43,253 nt of DNA from Candidatus Brocadiaceae bacterium (GCA_919901575.1 CAKKPF010000009.1:1-43253); one strand, 5' to 3'; positions 18,859 to 27,260 are shown, numbered from the stretch's first letter. A program made the numbers and translations. The notes: generated from the letters alone by a model not told the origin.

Positions 18859-19962
18859 ATGAAAAAAACCTTTAAAAACATTGAAACCATTTTCAATAAA
18901 AGTCTGAACAGTATCGAGACGTTTATTCAATCACATCCAAAGGTAAATTTCCTTTTCGGAGCGTTATTCGAAGCGGCTGACGGCCTGATAAGGAGCACAA
19001 AGGATACGGCAAAGAACCCGCCGTTCATTCGAAGCTCGATGGATGTTAAACAATATATGGGCGGTATTCTTGTGGCATTGTTTTTTGGATGGGTTGTGCC
19101 TGCAATATACTTTTATGGATTTATGTGCGTTGTCCCTAAGCTTATAGTGTCCTTCGTGGTGGGTGTGTTTATAGTGGACGTACTCTGGGTGATACTTGCC
19201 AGGGAAGAAAGAATTAATGAAGGAGGTTTTGTAACCTGTCTGTTCATCCCGGCGTTCCTGCCGCCACAGGTGCCGCTCTGGTTAATTGGTGTCGGGGCGG
19301 GAATCAGTATATTGTTCAGGAACATACTCGGCGGAGTTGGCCATAATCTTGTTAATCCCGCCCTGTTCGGTCGCCTGATGTTGACAATTTGCTTTCCAAC
19401 TATGGTAGTCTCCGGTTGGCAGGAGCCATTCACAGGCATACCAACAATTGAATCCTTAATGTATGGAGTGGATGCTGTAACACATGCGACTCCTCTGATA
19501 GTATTCAAGGAAACTGGTGAGGTGACATCGTATTTATCGCTTTTGTTCGGTGCCAGTACTGGTTCCCTGGGAGAAACGTGCAGGATTTCTCTCATTATAA
19601 CGGGAATATGGTTGTGCAAGAAAAGGATTGCAAATTGGAGGATTCCAGTTGCTTATTTAGGGAGCGTATTTCTCTTTGCTGCCCTTTTTTATTTAATTCT
19701 TGGGAAAGCAATGGTACCTCCCATGTTTCAACTCTTGAGCGGCGGCCTTATCTTTGGCGCTTTTTTTATGGCTACAGACCCTATTACGACCACATATAGC
19801 CAAACCGGCAAGTGGATATTTAGTATAGGTTGTGGTTTCATCACCGTCGTTATAAGAAATTTTTCTCCCATACCAGAAGGCGTGATGTACGCTATTTTGT
19901 TTATGAATCTTATCGGAGTCCCAATCCAATCTATTATACTAAAGTTGAAATATCGAACGTAA
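18859..19962 (+). CDS. nqrB: NqrB/RnfD-family membrane subunit
   Basis: NqrB-like N-terminus (ALFEAADGL...IRSSMDVK), GGVGHNLVNPA, THATPL flavinylation site, GSLGET, FMATDP, PEGVMYAILFMN. Confidence 0.85.
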   Translation: MKKTFKNIETIFNKSLNSIETFIQSHPKVNFLFGALFEAADGLIRSTKDTAKNPPFIRSSMDVKQYMGGILVALFFGWVVPAIYFYGFMCVVPKLIVSFVVGVFIVDVLWVILAREERINEGGFVTCLFIPAFLPPQVPLWLIGVGAGISILFRNILGGVGHNLVNPALFGRLMLTICFPTMVVSGWQEPFTGIPTIESLMYGVDAVTHATPLIVFKETGEVTSYLSLLFGASTGSLGETCRISLIITGIWLCKKRIANWRIPVAYLGSVFLFAALFYLILGKAMVPPMFQLLSGGLIFGAFFMATDPITTTYSQTGKWIFSIGCGFITVVIRNFSPIPEGVMYAILFMNLIGVPIQSIILKLKYRT

Positions 19963-20025
19963 AAGAAGAATATCGAGCTTTGAATAATGAACGAAGGAAT
20001 TAATTGCCCACTATCGTGGATATAA

Positions 20026-20057
20026 ATGTTTCGGTGTGAGGACACACCGAAACATCA
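20026..20057. repeat. Palindrome atgtttcggtgtg-agga-cacaccgaaacat (copy 2)
   Basis: Perfect 13-bp stem; matches the copy at 18757. Confidence 0.8.
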
Positions 20058-20133
20058 GAAATGGCGGGGGAAAACTATTTCCAGAATAAAATAAAGTTTT
20101 AAATTTTTGAAACATTAAGAAAACAGAAAAATA

Positions 20134-20832
20134 ATGAGCGAATTGAGGATGATTTTAACGAGAAGCACTGCAATATGTCTTATTACGGCTATACCAGGCA
20201 CGGTACTTTTAGCTTTGTATTTTGTAACAGCGCCAAAGATAGCTGAATACCACGAAATAAAGTTGAAGAAATCTGTCCTGGATATTTTCAATATTCCATA
20301 TCACACAGATGCCAAGGAAATCTTTGGTTTTAAATATAAAAAGAGCGACAAGAAAGATATTAGAAGGGTTTTTGAAAAGAACATAACCATAGATACACTT
20401 CCAGAAGCACCCATCGCAAAACAATCAGAAGGAAGTAAAAAAGAAAAAGAACTGTTCAAGTATTATAAGGATGGAAAATTACAAGGAATAGGGTTTGTTG
20501 TAACAAGATTAGGTTATGGTTTTAACAAAGCGGCGGATATTTCCCTGTTTATCTGTGTTAGCCCTGATTTGGAGACTATAAAAGGCATAGAGGTACTGGA
20601 TCATACTGAAACACCCGGTCTTGGCGGCAGAATGACAGAAGATGAATTTAAAAGACAATTTATCGGGAAAAAGCTCAAACCAAAGATATCCCTTGTAAGA
20701 GAAAAGGAAACGGTTGGTTCCAACGAAGTACATGCCATAACCGGTGCCTCATACACGAGCAAAGGAATTGAGGATATAATTAACGAGGCAATGAAGACCT
20801 TCTGGCAAGAAATGGAGGCAAATAAGGGATGA
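20134..20832 (+). CDS. nqrC: NqrC/RnfG-family FMN-binding subunit
   Basis: Single N-terminal TM, HTETPGLGG, AITGASYTSKG. Confidence 0.82.
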   Translation: MSELRMILTRSTAICLITAIPGTVLLALYFVTAPKIAEYHEIKLKKSVLDIFNIPYHTDAKEIFGFKYKKSDKKDIRRVFEKNITIDTLPEAPIAKQSEGSKKEKELFKYYKDGKLQGIGFVVTRLGYGFNKAADISLFICVSPDLETIKGIEVLDHTETPGLGGRMTEDEFKRQFIGKKLKPKISLVREKETVGSNEVHAITGASYTSKGIEDIINEAMKTFWQEMEANKG

Positions 20833-22247
20833 ATATGATGGCAAGATACATCAGGCAGATATCAAAATTCTTTTTAAGAGATAACTATATAGTTTCAGCC
20901 GCGGCAGGGCTGGGGTTCTGTTCAGCCCTGGCGGTAACCAACAAGATGGAAAATTCCCTTACAATGGATGTTGGCGTTGTCTTTGTTACCTGCGGTAGTT
21001 TTTGTCTTGTATATCCTTTTAAAAAATTAATAATGTCTGCCGGCACTCATCATAAGATATCACTTCTTATGATTATAGTGTCCGTATTCGTAGCCATATT
21101 TAATCTGATAGCTCAGGCCACAGTACCCAGGATAGCCTTCAATATAAAGGCATACATTGACCTTATTACGACCAATTGTATAGTACTCGCCGTTATTTCC
21201 GAGGGGTTGACATATGAATTCTGGGATGCTCAGAAAAAGATATTAAAGGCGTGTCTTGGTTATTCTATTGCGCTGATCTTTTTAGCCATTATGAGGGAAC
21301 CTCTGGGATTCGGTACTCTAATGAATTTTCGTGTGCTTCCAGAGAATTTTCCAGTTGTGGTATTGATGATAACACCAGTGGGTGGTTTTTTTGCCGTGGC
21401 ATTATGGAGGCTTATGCTCAGACCACTTTTTGTCAAGACAGGTGTTGTTTTTCGAGAAGGTTTGCCAGAGGAAGCAACTGAAGCAACTACAAATGGAAGA
21501 ACCCCAGTTACTTCAAGAGAGCAAAAGCCAAGAATGTCGAAGATGTTTATAATTACCATCGTAATAGGAATCCTCCTCATTATAAGTATTCTCATAAATA
21601 TAAATGCAGTTTCGTCCTTAAGTAATCAATTTAAAATTCTCTTGCCAGTATTCCTCAGTGCCTTGTTTTTTGACGGTATTGTCTTGAGCAAGCTTCTGGG
21701 AATTTGCCCTCTGCTTAATAAATCAAGACAAATTGACGCTGCATGGAAGATGGGTTTAGCCGTTGTCATTGTAGTTACCTTGTCCACAAGCCTTAACTGG
21801 ATAGTTTATAATAAAGTCTTGATAAACATGAGCGATTTTCTTTCAACAATCTCTCCAATTCCTATAAGACTTGAGAAGATATTCTACCTTACTGTTTTCA
21901 TTGTCACCATTGCCACGTTTGTACAAATACTGGGCATAATACTCCGACGTTTTGCAATGGATGTATATAAGCAAATGGGACAATTTCTGGAATTAATAAC
22001 CGTAAACTGTATTGTCCTTGCCGCTGCTGCCTTTACCATTCCACCGGGAATGTCTTTTATGACAACAACAGTTACGGCTTTTGGCTTTGGTCTCCATTGG
22101 TTAATGGTATGTGTCTGGCTGGCGGTACTGAGACGGCAGAGGTTATTTGTCCCTGTAAACTCATGGGATGAAGATTCACTTGCTATACTTTTACTTGGTT
22201 TCATGGCAGCAATCTTTACGGGAATTGGGATAATAAAGATATTTTGA
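20829..22247 (+). CDS. Fused NqrD-NqrE (RnfE-RnfA) membrane subunit
   Basis: N-half LGFCSALAVT and LITTNCIV; C-half LLGICPLL and LITVNCIV; ATGA overlap with the upstream gene. Confidence 0.88.
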   Translation: MNMMARYIRQISKFFLRDNYIVSAAAGLGFCSALAVTNKMENSLTMDVGVVFVTCGSFCLVYPFKKLIMSAGTHHKISLLMIIVSVFVAIFNLIAQATVPRIAFNIKAYIDLITTNCIVLAVISEGLTYEFWDAQKKILKACLGYSIALIFLAIMREPLGFGTLMNFRVLPENFPVVVLMITPVGGFFAVALWRLMLRPLFVKTGVVFREGLPEEATEATTNGRTPVTSREQKPRMSKMFIITIVIGILLIISILININAVSSLSNQFKILLPVFLSALFFDGIVLSKLLGICPLLNKSRQIDAAWKMGLAVVIVVTLSTSLNWIVYNKVLINMSDFLSTISPIPIRLEKIFYLTVFIVTIATFVQILGIILRRFAMDVYKQMGQFLELITVNCIVLAAAAFTIPPGMSFMTTTVTAFGFGLHWLMVCVWLAVLRRQRLFVPVNSWDEDSLAILLLGFMAAIFTGIGIIKIF

Positions 22248-22336
22248 AATTCTTTAACAAACCAGGTTTCGGTACAAGACATTCTTATATTAAAACTTCT
22301 ATTCATAAACTAAAGTTAAAATTCTGAATTAGAAAA

Positions 22337-23971
22337 ATGATAACTTCTTTGATAGTAGGAATATGTATCATTATCATACTGATGCTGACTATGGCGGGAC
22401 TAAGCGAGATAACCTACCAGTTTTTTGGCAAAGGTAAGAAACTTAAACTTGTTATACACAGTGACGATGATTTTAAGAAAGGACTCGACATAGAAGGTGG
22501 AGACAATTTACTCAACACCCTCCAAAATAAGGGATATCATATACCTTCCGGATGCGGTGGCAATGCCACATGCGGTCAGTGCAAGATTAAGCTGTTTACC
22601 AATATGGGTTCATACTCGCCAACTGAAATACCCCTTTTCGACCGTAAGGCAAGAGAGGAGACCATAAAATTTCTTGAGGAAGGTAAAGGTGACGGATACA
22701 CAAGGCTTTCCTGCCAGGTAAGAGTAGACAAAGATATTGACATATATCTGCCAAAGTCAACATTACAGGTTAAGAAATACACTGCCCGTGTAGTTAAAAA
22801 GATACAGCTAACCTCTGATAAGTATGAAATCAGTTTGTTTCCATTCCAAAAGTTCGATTTTACTCCTGGACAGTATATACAAATAGGATTACCGGAAGAT
22901 TATGTGGAGCAGCATTACAAGAAATACAGTGAACAGATACGATGCTTTTGTAATGAAGCAGGTAAGGATTTTATCCCTTATACACCCGGTGTCGACCTTT
23001 ACCGCGCTTATTCAATTGCTACGATAAAGAAAGACATAATAAAATTAATTTCAAGATCTGCGCCGATAGACCCACGCGTATCAATTGAAGACGGTGGAGT
23101 CCCCTGCCTTGGGCCTAACTGTGTAAGAGAGTACATCCAGGACGAATCAATATGGAACTTGTGGGTTGGAGACAGGATTAGATTTACAGGTCCTTTTGGT
23201 CATTTCCTTCTAAAAAAAGAAAACCATACAGCCGTTTTCGTAGCAGGCGGAGCGGGGCTTGCGCCTATATTAGCGCTCCTTGAGCAATGGTTCAGTGAAG
23301 GACGCAAAGATAATGCATACTTCTTCCTGGGGGAAAGGCGATTTCAGGATATCCCCTTGCTTTACATATTGAAATGGTTGTATTGGCAAAAAGAACATGC
23401 CAGCTTCAAGTTCATACCTGTAATGTCAGGCGCTTTTAGAGGAGACAACCCTTCAGAACTGGACGACAGGGATAAGGAATGCTTCGCCAATGCGTCGGAT
23501 GAACACAAGAAAAATATCGTAGAACAAGGTTTGATTGATAAGAGTGGAGAGAAATGGTTGGGGCATACAGGATTTATTGGCCCATTGCTCACTAAATACC
23601 TTGCACATGACCCCAACATAACATTTTATCTATGCGGCCCGGCGCCAATGACTGTAACCGTAATTGATGCGGCAGCCAATAATTTAGGCGTAAAGAAAGA
23701 AAATGTTCGATTTGATGATTTTACCGGCACCCTTACCCCATCCCTTGACATGATATACCAGAAACTTGAAATCTCAAATAAGATTAAGGAACAGAGACTA
23801 CTTCACTCAGACAGCGATATAGAAAAGATGAGTAACATCCTGATCATGAAATTAATTTTAAGAGACAAAATCGATGAAGCTTATGAATTCCTGGATAAAG
23901 TCCGGGAGGTATTAGAAAAGCCACGGGAAAAAGAATATAACCTCAAACCACTATTTAAGAAGTATGAATAG
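22337..23971 (+). CDS. nqrF: NqrF-like NADH oxidoreductase (TM + 2Fe-2S + FAD + NAD domains)
   Basis: N-terminal TM, GCGGNATCGQC...RLSCQ, RAYS, TGPFG, AGGAGLAP, YLCGP, FDDF. Confidence 0.82.
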   Translation: MITSLIVGICIIIILMLTMAGLSEITYQFFGKGKKLKLVIHSDDDFKKGLDIEGGDNLLNTLQNKGYHIPSGCGGNATCGQCKIKLFTNMGSYSPTEIPLFDRKAREETIKFLEEGKGDGYTRLSCQVRVDKDIDIYLPKSTLQVKKYTARVVKKIQLTSDKYEISLFPFQKFDFTPGQYIQIGLPEDYVEQHYKKYSEQIRCFCNEAGKDFIPYTPGVDLYRAYSIATIKKDIIKLISRSAPIDPRVSIEDGGVPCLGPNCVREYIQDESIWNLWVGDRIRFTGPFGHFLLKKENHTAVFVAGGAGLAPILALLEQWFSEGRKDNAYFFLGERRFQDIPLLYILKWLYWQKEHASFKFIPVMSGAFRGDNPSELDDRDKECFANASDEHKKNIVEQGLIDKSGEKWLGHTGFIGPLLTKYLAHDPNITFYLCGPAPMTVTVIDAAANNLGVKKENVRFDDFTGTLTPSLDMIYQKLEISNKIKEQRLLHSDSDIEKMSNILIMKLILRDKIDEAYEFLDKVREVLEKPREKEYNLKPLFKKYE

Positions 23972-23973
23972 GC

Positions 23974-24055
23974 GGTAGACCTCTCTTTCGAGAGGATTTC
24001 AGAATTAGAACCCTGCCGGGGCGGATGAGGACGTCTCTCGAAAGAGCGACTGACC
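23974..24055. repeat. GTAG-type REP doublet (REPIN-like) after the nqr-like operon
   Basis: ggtagacctctctttcgagagg ... gtctctcgaaagagcgactgacc form an imperfect inverted pair. Confidence 0.55.
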
Positions 24056-24227
24056 ATATGCCTTTTTCCTCTCCCGAAATCTAGTAGACGGTATAAATTC
24101 TAGGATTATATTAGTTAGGTTACTTGCTAAAAGCAATAAGAAAAAATGATAGCGAAACCTGGCAACAAATCGTTTCACAAAAAGTTGCCAATAACATAAA
24201 TAAGGGGAGTGTCCACTCATTACTTTC

Positions 24228-24256
24228 TTGACATAAAACGTAAATTTCTGTATCTT
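24228..24256 (+). promoter_or_regulatory. Putative sigma70 promoter of the TA pair
   Basis: TTGACA-17 nt-TATCTT. Confidence 0.55.
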
Positions 24257-24330
24257 TCAAACAAGTCGACAAAGTGCTTTAGTATCAGGGAAATAATACT
24301 CTTAGTAATTATATCGAAAAGGAAAATCTA

Positions 24331-24516
24331 ATGACAATTAAGACGAAATTCAAAGACGGCGCTTTTATGCCATTGGAAGAGGTAAAAGAAGTAAAAGAAG
24401 GAGACGTTGTAGAGATAGAAATTAAGTCCAAGAGGAAGTTCTCATGGAGAGGTGCTTTGAAAATTAAAAATGAAACATCGGTAGGCCTGCAACACAAAAT
24501 CAAAGAAATCTGGTAG
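24331..24516 (+). CDS. DUF104/AF2212-like antitoxin
   Basis: 61 aa TIKTKFKDGAFMPLEEV...EGDVVEIEI pattern; 4 nt upstream of a PIN gene. Confidence 0.8.
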   Translation: MTIKTKFKDGAFMPLEEVKEVKEGDVVEIEIKSKRKFSWRGALKIKNETSVGLQHKIKEIW

Positions 24517-24520
24517 CATT

Positions 24521-24927
24521 ATGTACCTCATTGATACAAATATATTCTTAGAGATTCTTCTTGATCAGGAAAGGGCTGTTGAATGTCAAAAACTTATCGA
24601 AAGCCTCCAGGACAGAGAAGTTATTTTTTATGTAAGCTCCTTTACCATGCACTCTATCGAAGTTGTTTTAGATAGAAAAAACTTTATGAACCCCTTATTG
24701 ATTTCTTGTGGGACATCCATAAAACCAAGGGACTTAAACGATTTGATACAAGCACCATTGAAGAACTGGAGGCCGTTAAACTGGCACGAGGTTTAAACCT
24801 GGACTTTGATGACACACTTCAATATTACATACGCAAAACACATAACTTCAAAATAATCAGTTTTGACAAACACTTTGACTCAACTGATATCGTAAGGGTC
24901 GAACCCGAGAATATCTTACCACAATAA
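24521..24927 (+). pseudogene. PIN-domain (VapC-like) toxin split by a -1 frameshift at A6C
   Basis: Frame 0 has YLIDTNIFLE...HSIE; the -1 frame has LDFDD...ISFDKHFD. Joining at 24676-24682 gives 135 aa. Confidence 0.85.
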
Positions 24928-25116
24928 TCCTTTCTGTCTTTTTGTATAAGTTCATGTATAGGAATTTCAAAAATCCCCACGAAAAGACACAAAAAGATAC
25001 TTTCGTGATTTTCGTGGGGAATCGTAGTTGCCGAAGGCTTAATTGTTTGCATCTTCGCGAGTTTATAAAATCGAGGAAAGGTGATATGAGATAATATTGA
25101 TAAAAATAAACCTCTG

Positions 25117-25248
25117 TTAATGCCGTTTCACTTTTTTCAGTCTCCGCCTTCCTGCCATGCGCATTGATACTTTACTTATTAATGGATACTTTTCCGGGTT
25201 TTCCAGATTGTCTATTTCCAGATCAACATCCAAATCCGGCCAATGGAG
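25117..25248 (-). pseudogene. DUF2442-like C-terminal fragment in frame with a PEP-CTERM-like basic tail
   Basis: Translated by hand: LHWPDLDVDLEIDNLENPEKYPLISKVSMRMAGRRRLKKVKRH*. No ATG upstream and an in-frame stop 9 codons before L. Confidence 0.6.
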
Positions 25249-25336
25249 AGGAATGATAAAACTATAAATCAGTTAAATCAAGTTAAGTTAAAAGGAATGG
25301 TTAGGCAAGAGAAGGATTAGTGATAAAAATTAATCC

Positions 25337-25369
25337 AAAAAAGGGGGACATATGTTTTGTCCCCCTTTT
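25337..25369 (-). terminator. Intrinsic terminator of the PEP-CTERM gene
   Basis: Minus strand aaaagggggaca-aaacata-tgtccccc-tttttt, ~30 nt after the stop. Confidence 0.8.
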
Positions 25370-25398
25370 GATTGAGATAATATTATAGACTGATGTTA

Positions 25399-26103
25399 TT
25401 ACTGTTTCGCCTTTTTCAATCTCCGTCTCAATGCTCCCCCTGCAAGTCCGGACAGACCGATTCCGAGTAAGGCAATGGTTGCGGGTTCGGGAACGGGTTC
25501 AGCGCTGGACGTTAGTACTAGATCATCGATCGGCATTCCACCCATGCCTGCGACACCATGGACATTCGAGAATACAACCATATGAGTGATACCAGGTGTG
25601 TTAAAGCTGTGGGTCACTGGAGACTCAAACGACCATACACTCCTCAATGGTTCTCCCACTGAGCCCAGAGAATTATTGAAGGCGTCAAATACAGTAACAC
25701 TCCATTCCGGAGCAAGAGTAGGTGCAGTAGGAGCAAGACCTACCCGTGTAAAGCTAAGACTGTTAAGTACGTTGTCAAAATCTAATTGGTAAGATACGCC
25801 ATTAATCCCGTTCCACCATTGATCTAGCCAGTTTGGACTTGAACTTGGGGATGCACTCGGTTCGTTATCTATATCTCCAACAAAAACGGATGTAGTGGGT
25901 GTAACGTTGGTTAGGGTAACACCAAAACCAGCGAGGTAACTATCCAGCGTTGCTCCACTTACCGAGGCAGTACCGGATGTGTCAAGCGCATCAAAATCTA
26001 CAGTAATTGTAACCCCACGCACATTTGGTATTGCAACGAGAAATGCAAATATGAGAACGGTAACCACCAGTATGCTTTTTATAACTTTTAATTTAGAAAC
26101 CAT
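25399..26103 (-). CDS. PEP-CTERM sorting domain protein
   Basis: N-terminal signal peptide, Ser/Thr-rich core, C-terminal PVPEPAT + TM helix + RRRLKKAKQ; AGGAGG RBS. Confidence 0.95.
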   Translation of the reverse strand: MVSKLKVIKSILVVTVLIFAFLVAIPNVRGVTITVDFDALDTSGTASVSGATLDSYLAGFGVTLTNVTPTTSVFVGDIDNEPSASPSSSPNWLDQWWNGINGVSYQLDFDNVLNSLSFTRVGLAPTAPTLAPEWSVTVFDAFNNSLGSVGEPLRSVWSFESPVTHSFNTPGITHMVVFSNVHGVAGMGGMPIDDLVLTSSAEPVPEPATIALLGIGLSGLAGGALRRRLKKAKQ

Positions 26104-26247
26104 TTTTTCCTCCTTATTTTAAATAATTGTTAAAATAATAATCAAGCTCCGCTTGGTTTAATCTACTAAGCGAAACCAAAGTTGCGCTTAGCTCTGTCAG
26201 TTTTGGCTTTGCTCGATAACCAGAATTTGCATCTTCTCAAAACTTTC

Positions 26248-26311
26248 GGTGGCATGGACAAACTTGCTCGCCACAGCGAGTCTGCCTCAGGCATGATTTG
26301 TCCGTGCCACC
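26248..26311. repeat. REP-like inverted repeat ggtggcatggacaaa...tttgtccgtgccacc
   Basis: 15-bp arms (14/15 complementary) with small internal hairpins. Confidence 0.65.
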
Positions 26312-26427
26312 TATACTAAGAACTTACCGGAATTTGCTAAATTTACCTTTATACCTCCTTTCCCCTTTACATTGGGAACCCGGTCGACCCGACGTTCGTA
26401 TGGGATACTCCCGAATCACTGAGCATG

Positions 26428-26485
26428 TGGAGTGCATCGACCATGTCGATGTGTATTAAAGCAGTGACACGGTCACTGCACTCCA
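26428..26485. repeat. tggagtgca...tgcactcca REP-like doublet with two internal hairpins
   Basis: catcgac-cat-gtcgatg and gcagtgac-acg-gtcactgc enclosed by tggagt/actcca. Confidence 0.6.
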
Positions 26486-26510
26486 AAACAATTTGAAATT
26501 GAACAGTTAC

Positions 26511-26563
26511 AAAAAAAGGCCCGAAAGTATGCAGGAGGAAACCCCTGACCACTTCCGGGCCTT
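26511..26563 (-). terminator. Intrinsic terminator/attenuator within the PEP-CTERM leader
   Basis: Minus strand 13-bp stem aaggcccggaagt/actttcgggcctt plus a 6-bp inner stem and a U7 tract. The G-U pairs form only on the minus strand. Confidence 0.7.
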
Positions 26564-26747
26564 GATTATAGAGTACAGTCTTCATTGTGTCGGGTAAGAA
26601 ACCCGACCGACGTATGAAATTGTGTATTTGTGGTCTTCCCACATGAACAACTTTGGCTGGCAGACATATCCACCAAAAACGTTGTAACAATTTTAAGATT
26701 GCGGGTAAATTTAATAGAAGAGGTTTATATGTGAGTGAGTGAGTGAG

Positions 26748-26763
26748 TGCAATAATAGTGCCA
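26748..26763 (-). promoter_or_regulatory. Sigma54 -24/-12 promoter
   Basis: Minus strand TGGCAC-tatta-TTGCA, exact consensus spacing, oriented toward the PEP-CTERM gene. Confidence 0.75.
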
Positions 26764-26821
26764 TAAGACTTCCTTTATGCAAATGGTACATTAGCAATCT
26801 TCCCTGTTATATTGATCCGGT

Positions 26822-26875
26822 TGTAGGTGCGAACGGCCGCCTGCCCGACGGCAGTTTGGCGGGTTCGTCCCTACA
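26822..26875. repeat. GTAG REP interrupted by a 24-bp insertion
   Basis: tgtaggtgcgaacggccg[cctgcccgacggcagtttggcggg]ttcgtccctaca. Confidence 0.7.
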
Positions 26876-27023
26876 TTCTGGCGATACTATGATAAATCTT
26901 GATTATAATGTCAAGCAGAAATATTTAATATCTGTAGTTCCTTGAATACATCCATTAATAGAAATATCTATTGATTTTATTTGTCTTTCCAATTACCATA
27001 CCTACTTTCAAGATTTACTAAAA

Positions 27024-27226
27024 TCTAAATTGAGCGATTTATGTAGCCGCAACCGTTCGGCTGAGCCCTTCGATAAACTCAGGGCGGTGAGTATGCCGAA
27101 TCCGCTCACGCCGATGCCTTGAGGTTGCGTAACTTATGTGAGATTTCCACACACCCATCAGTTGATTAGAAACGCAGGCTAAAGCCATGCGGTTACAGTA
27201 TATAATATAAAATCGCTCAATTTAGA
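27024..27226. mobile_element. 203-bp MITE-like element with perfect 17-bp TIRs containing nested REPs
   Basis: tctaaattgagcgattt ... aaatcgctcaatttaga; internal tgtagccgca...tgcggttaca doublet. Confidence 0.7.
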
Positions 27227-27260
27227 ATATATTTCCAGACATTAATGTAGGAGTATAAAA

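Noticed and set aside
18757-20057. Repeated palindrome as a CRISPR repeat
   Set aside because: Only two copies 1.27 kb apart, with no spacer periodicity and no cas genes.
24021-24050. Hammerhead-ribozyme-like string cggatgag...gaaa
   Set aside because: The core is CGGAUGA rather than CUGAUGA and stem II does not pair; it is better explained as one arm of a GTAG REP doublet.
26428-26485. Three-way-junction RNA (riboswitch candidate)
   Set aside because: It matches a ggagtgc...gcactcc REP doublet pattern and has no known ligand motif; kept as a repeat.
26367-26690. 107-aa minus-strand ORF, and the 68-aa ORF at 26739-26945
   Set aside because: They run through hairpins, a terminator and REPs, with no RBS or protein motifs.
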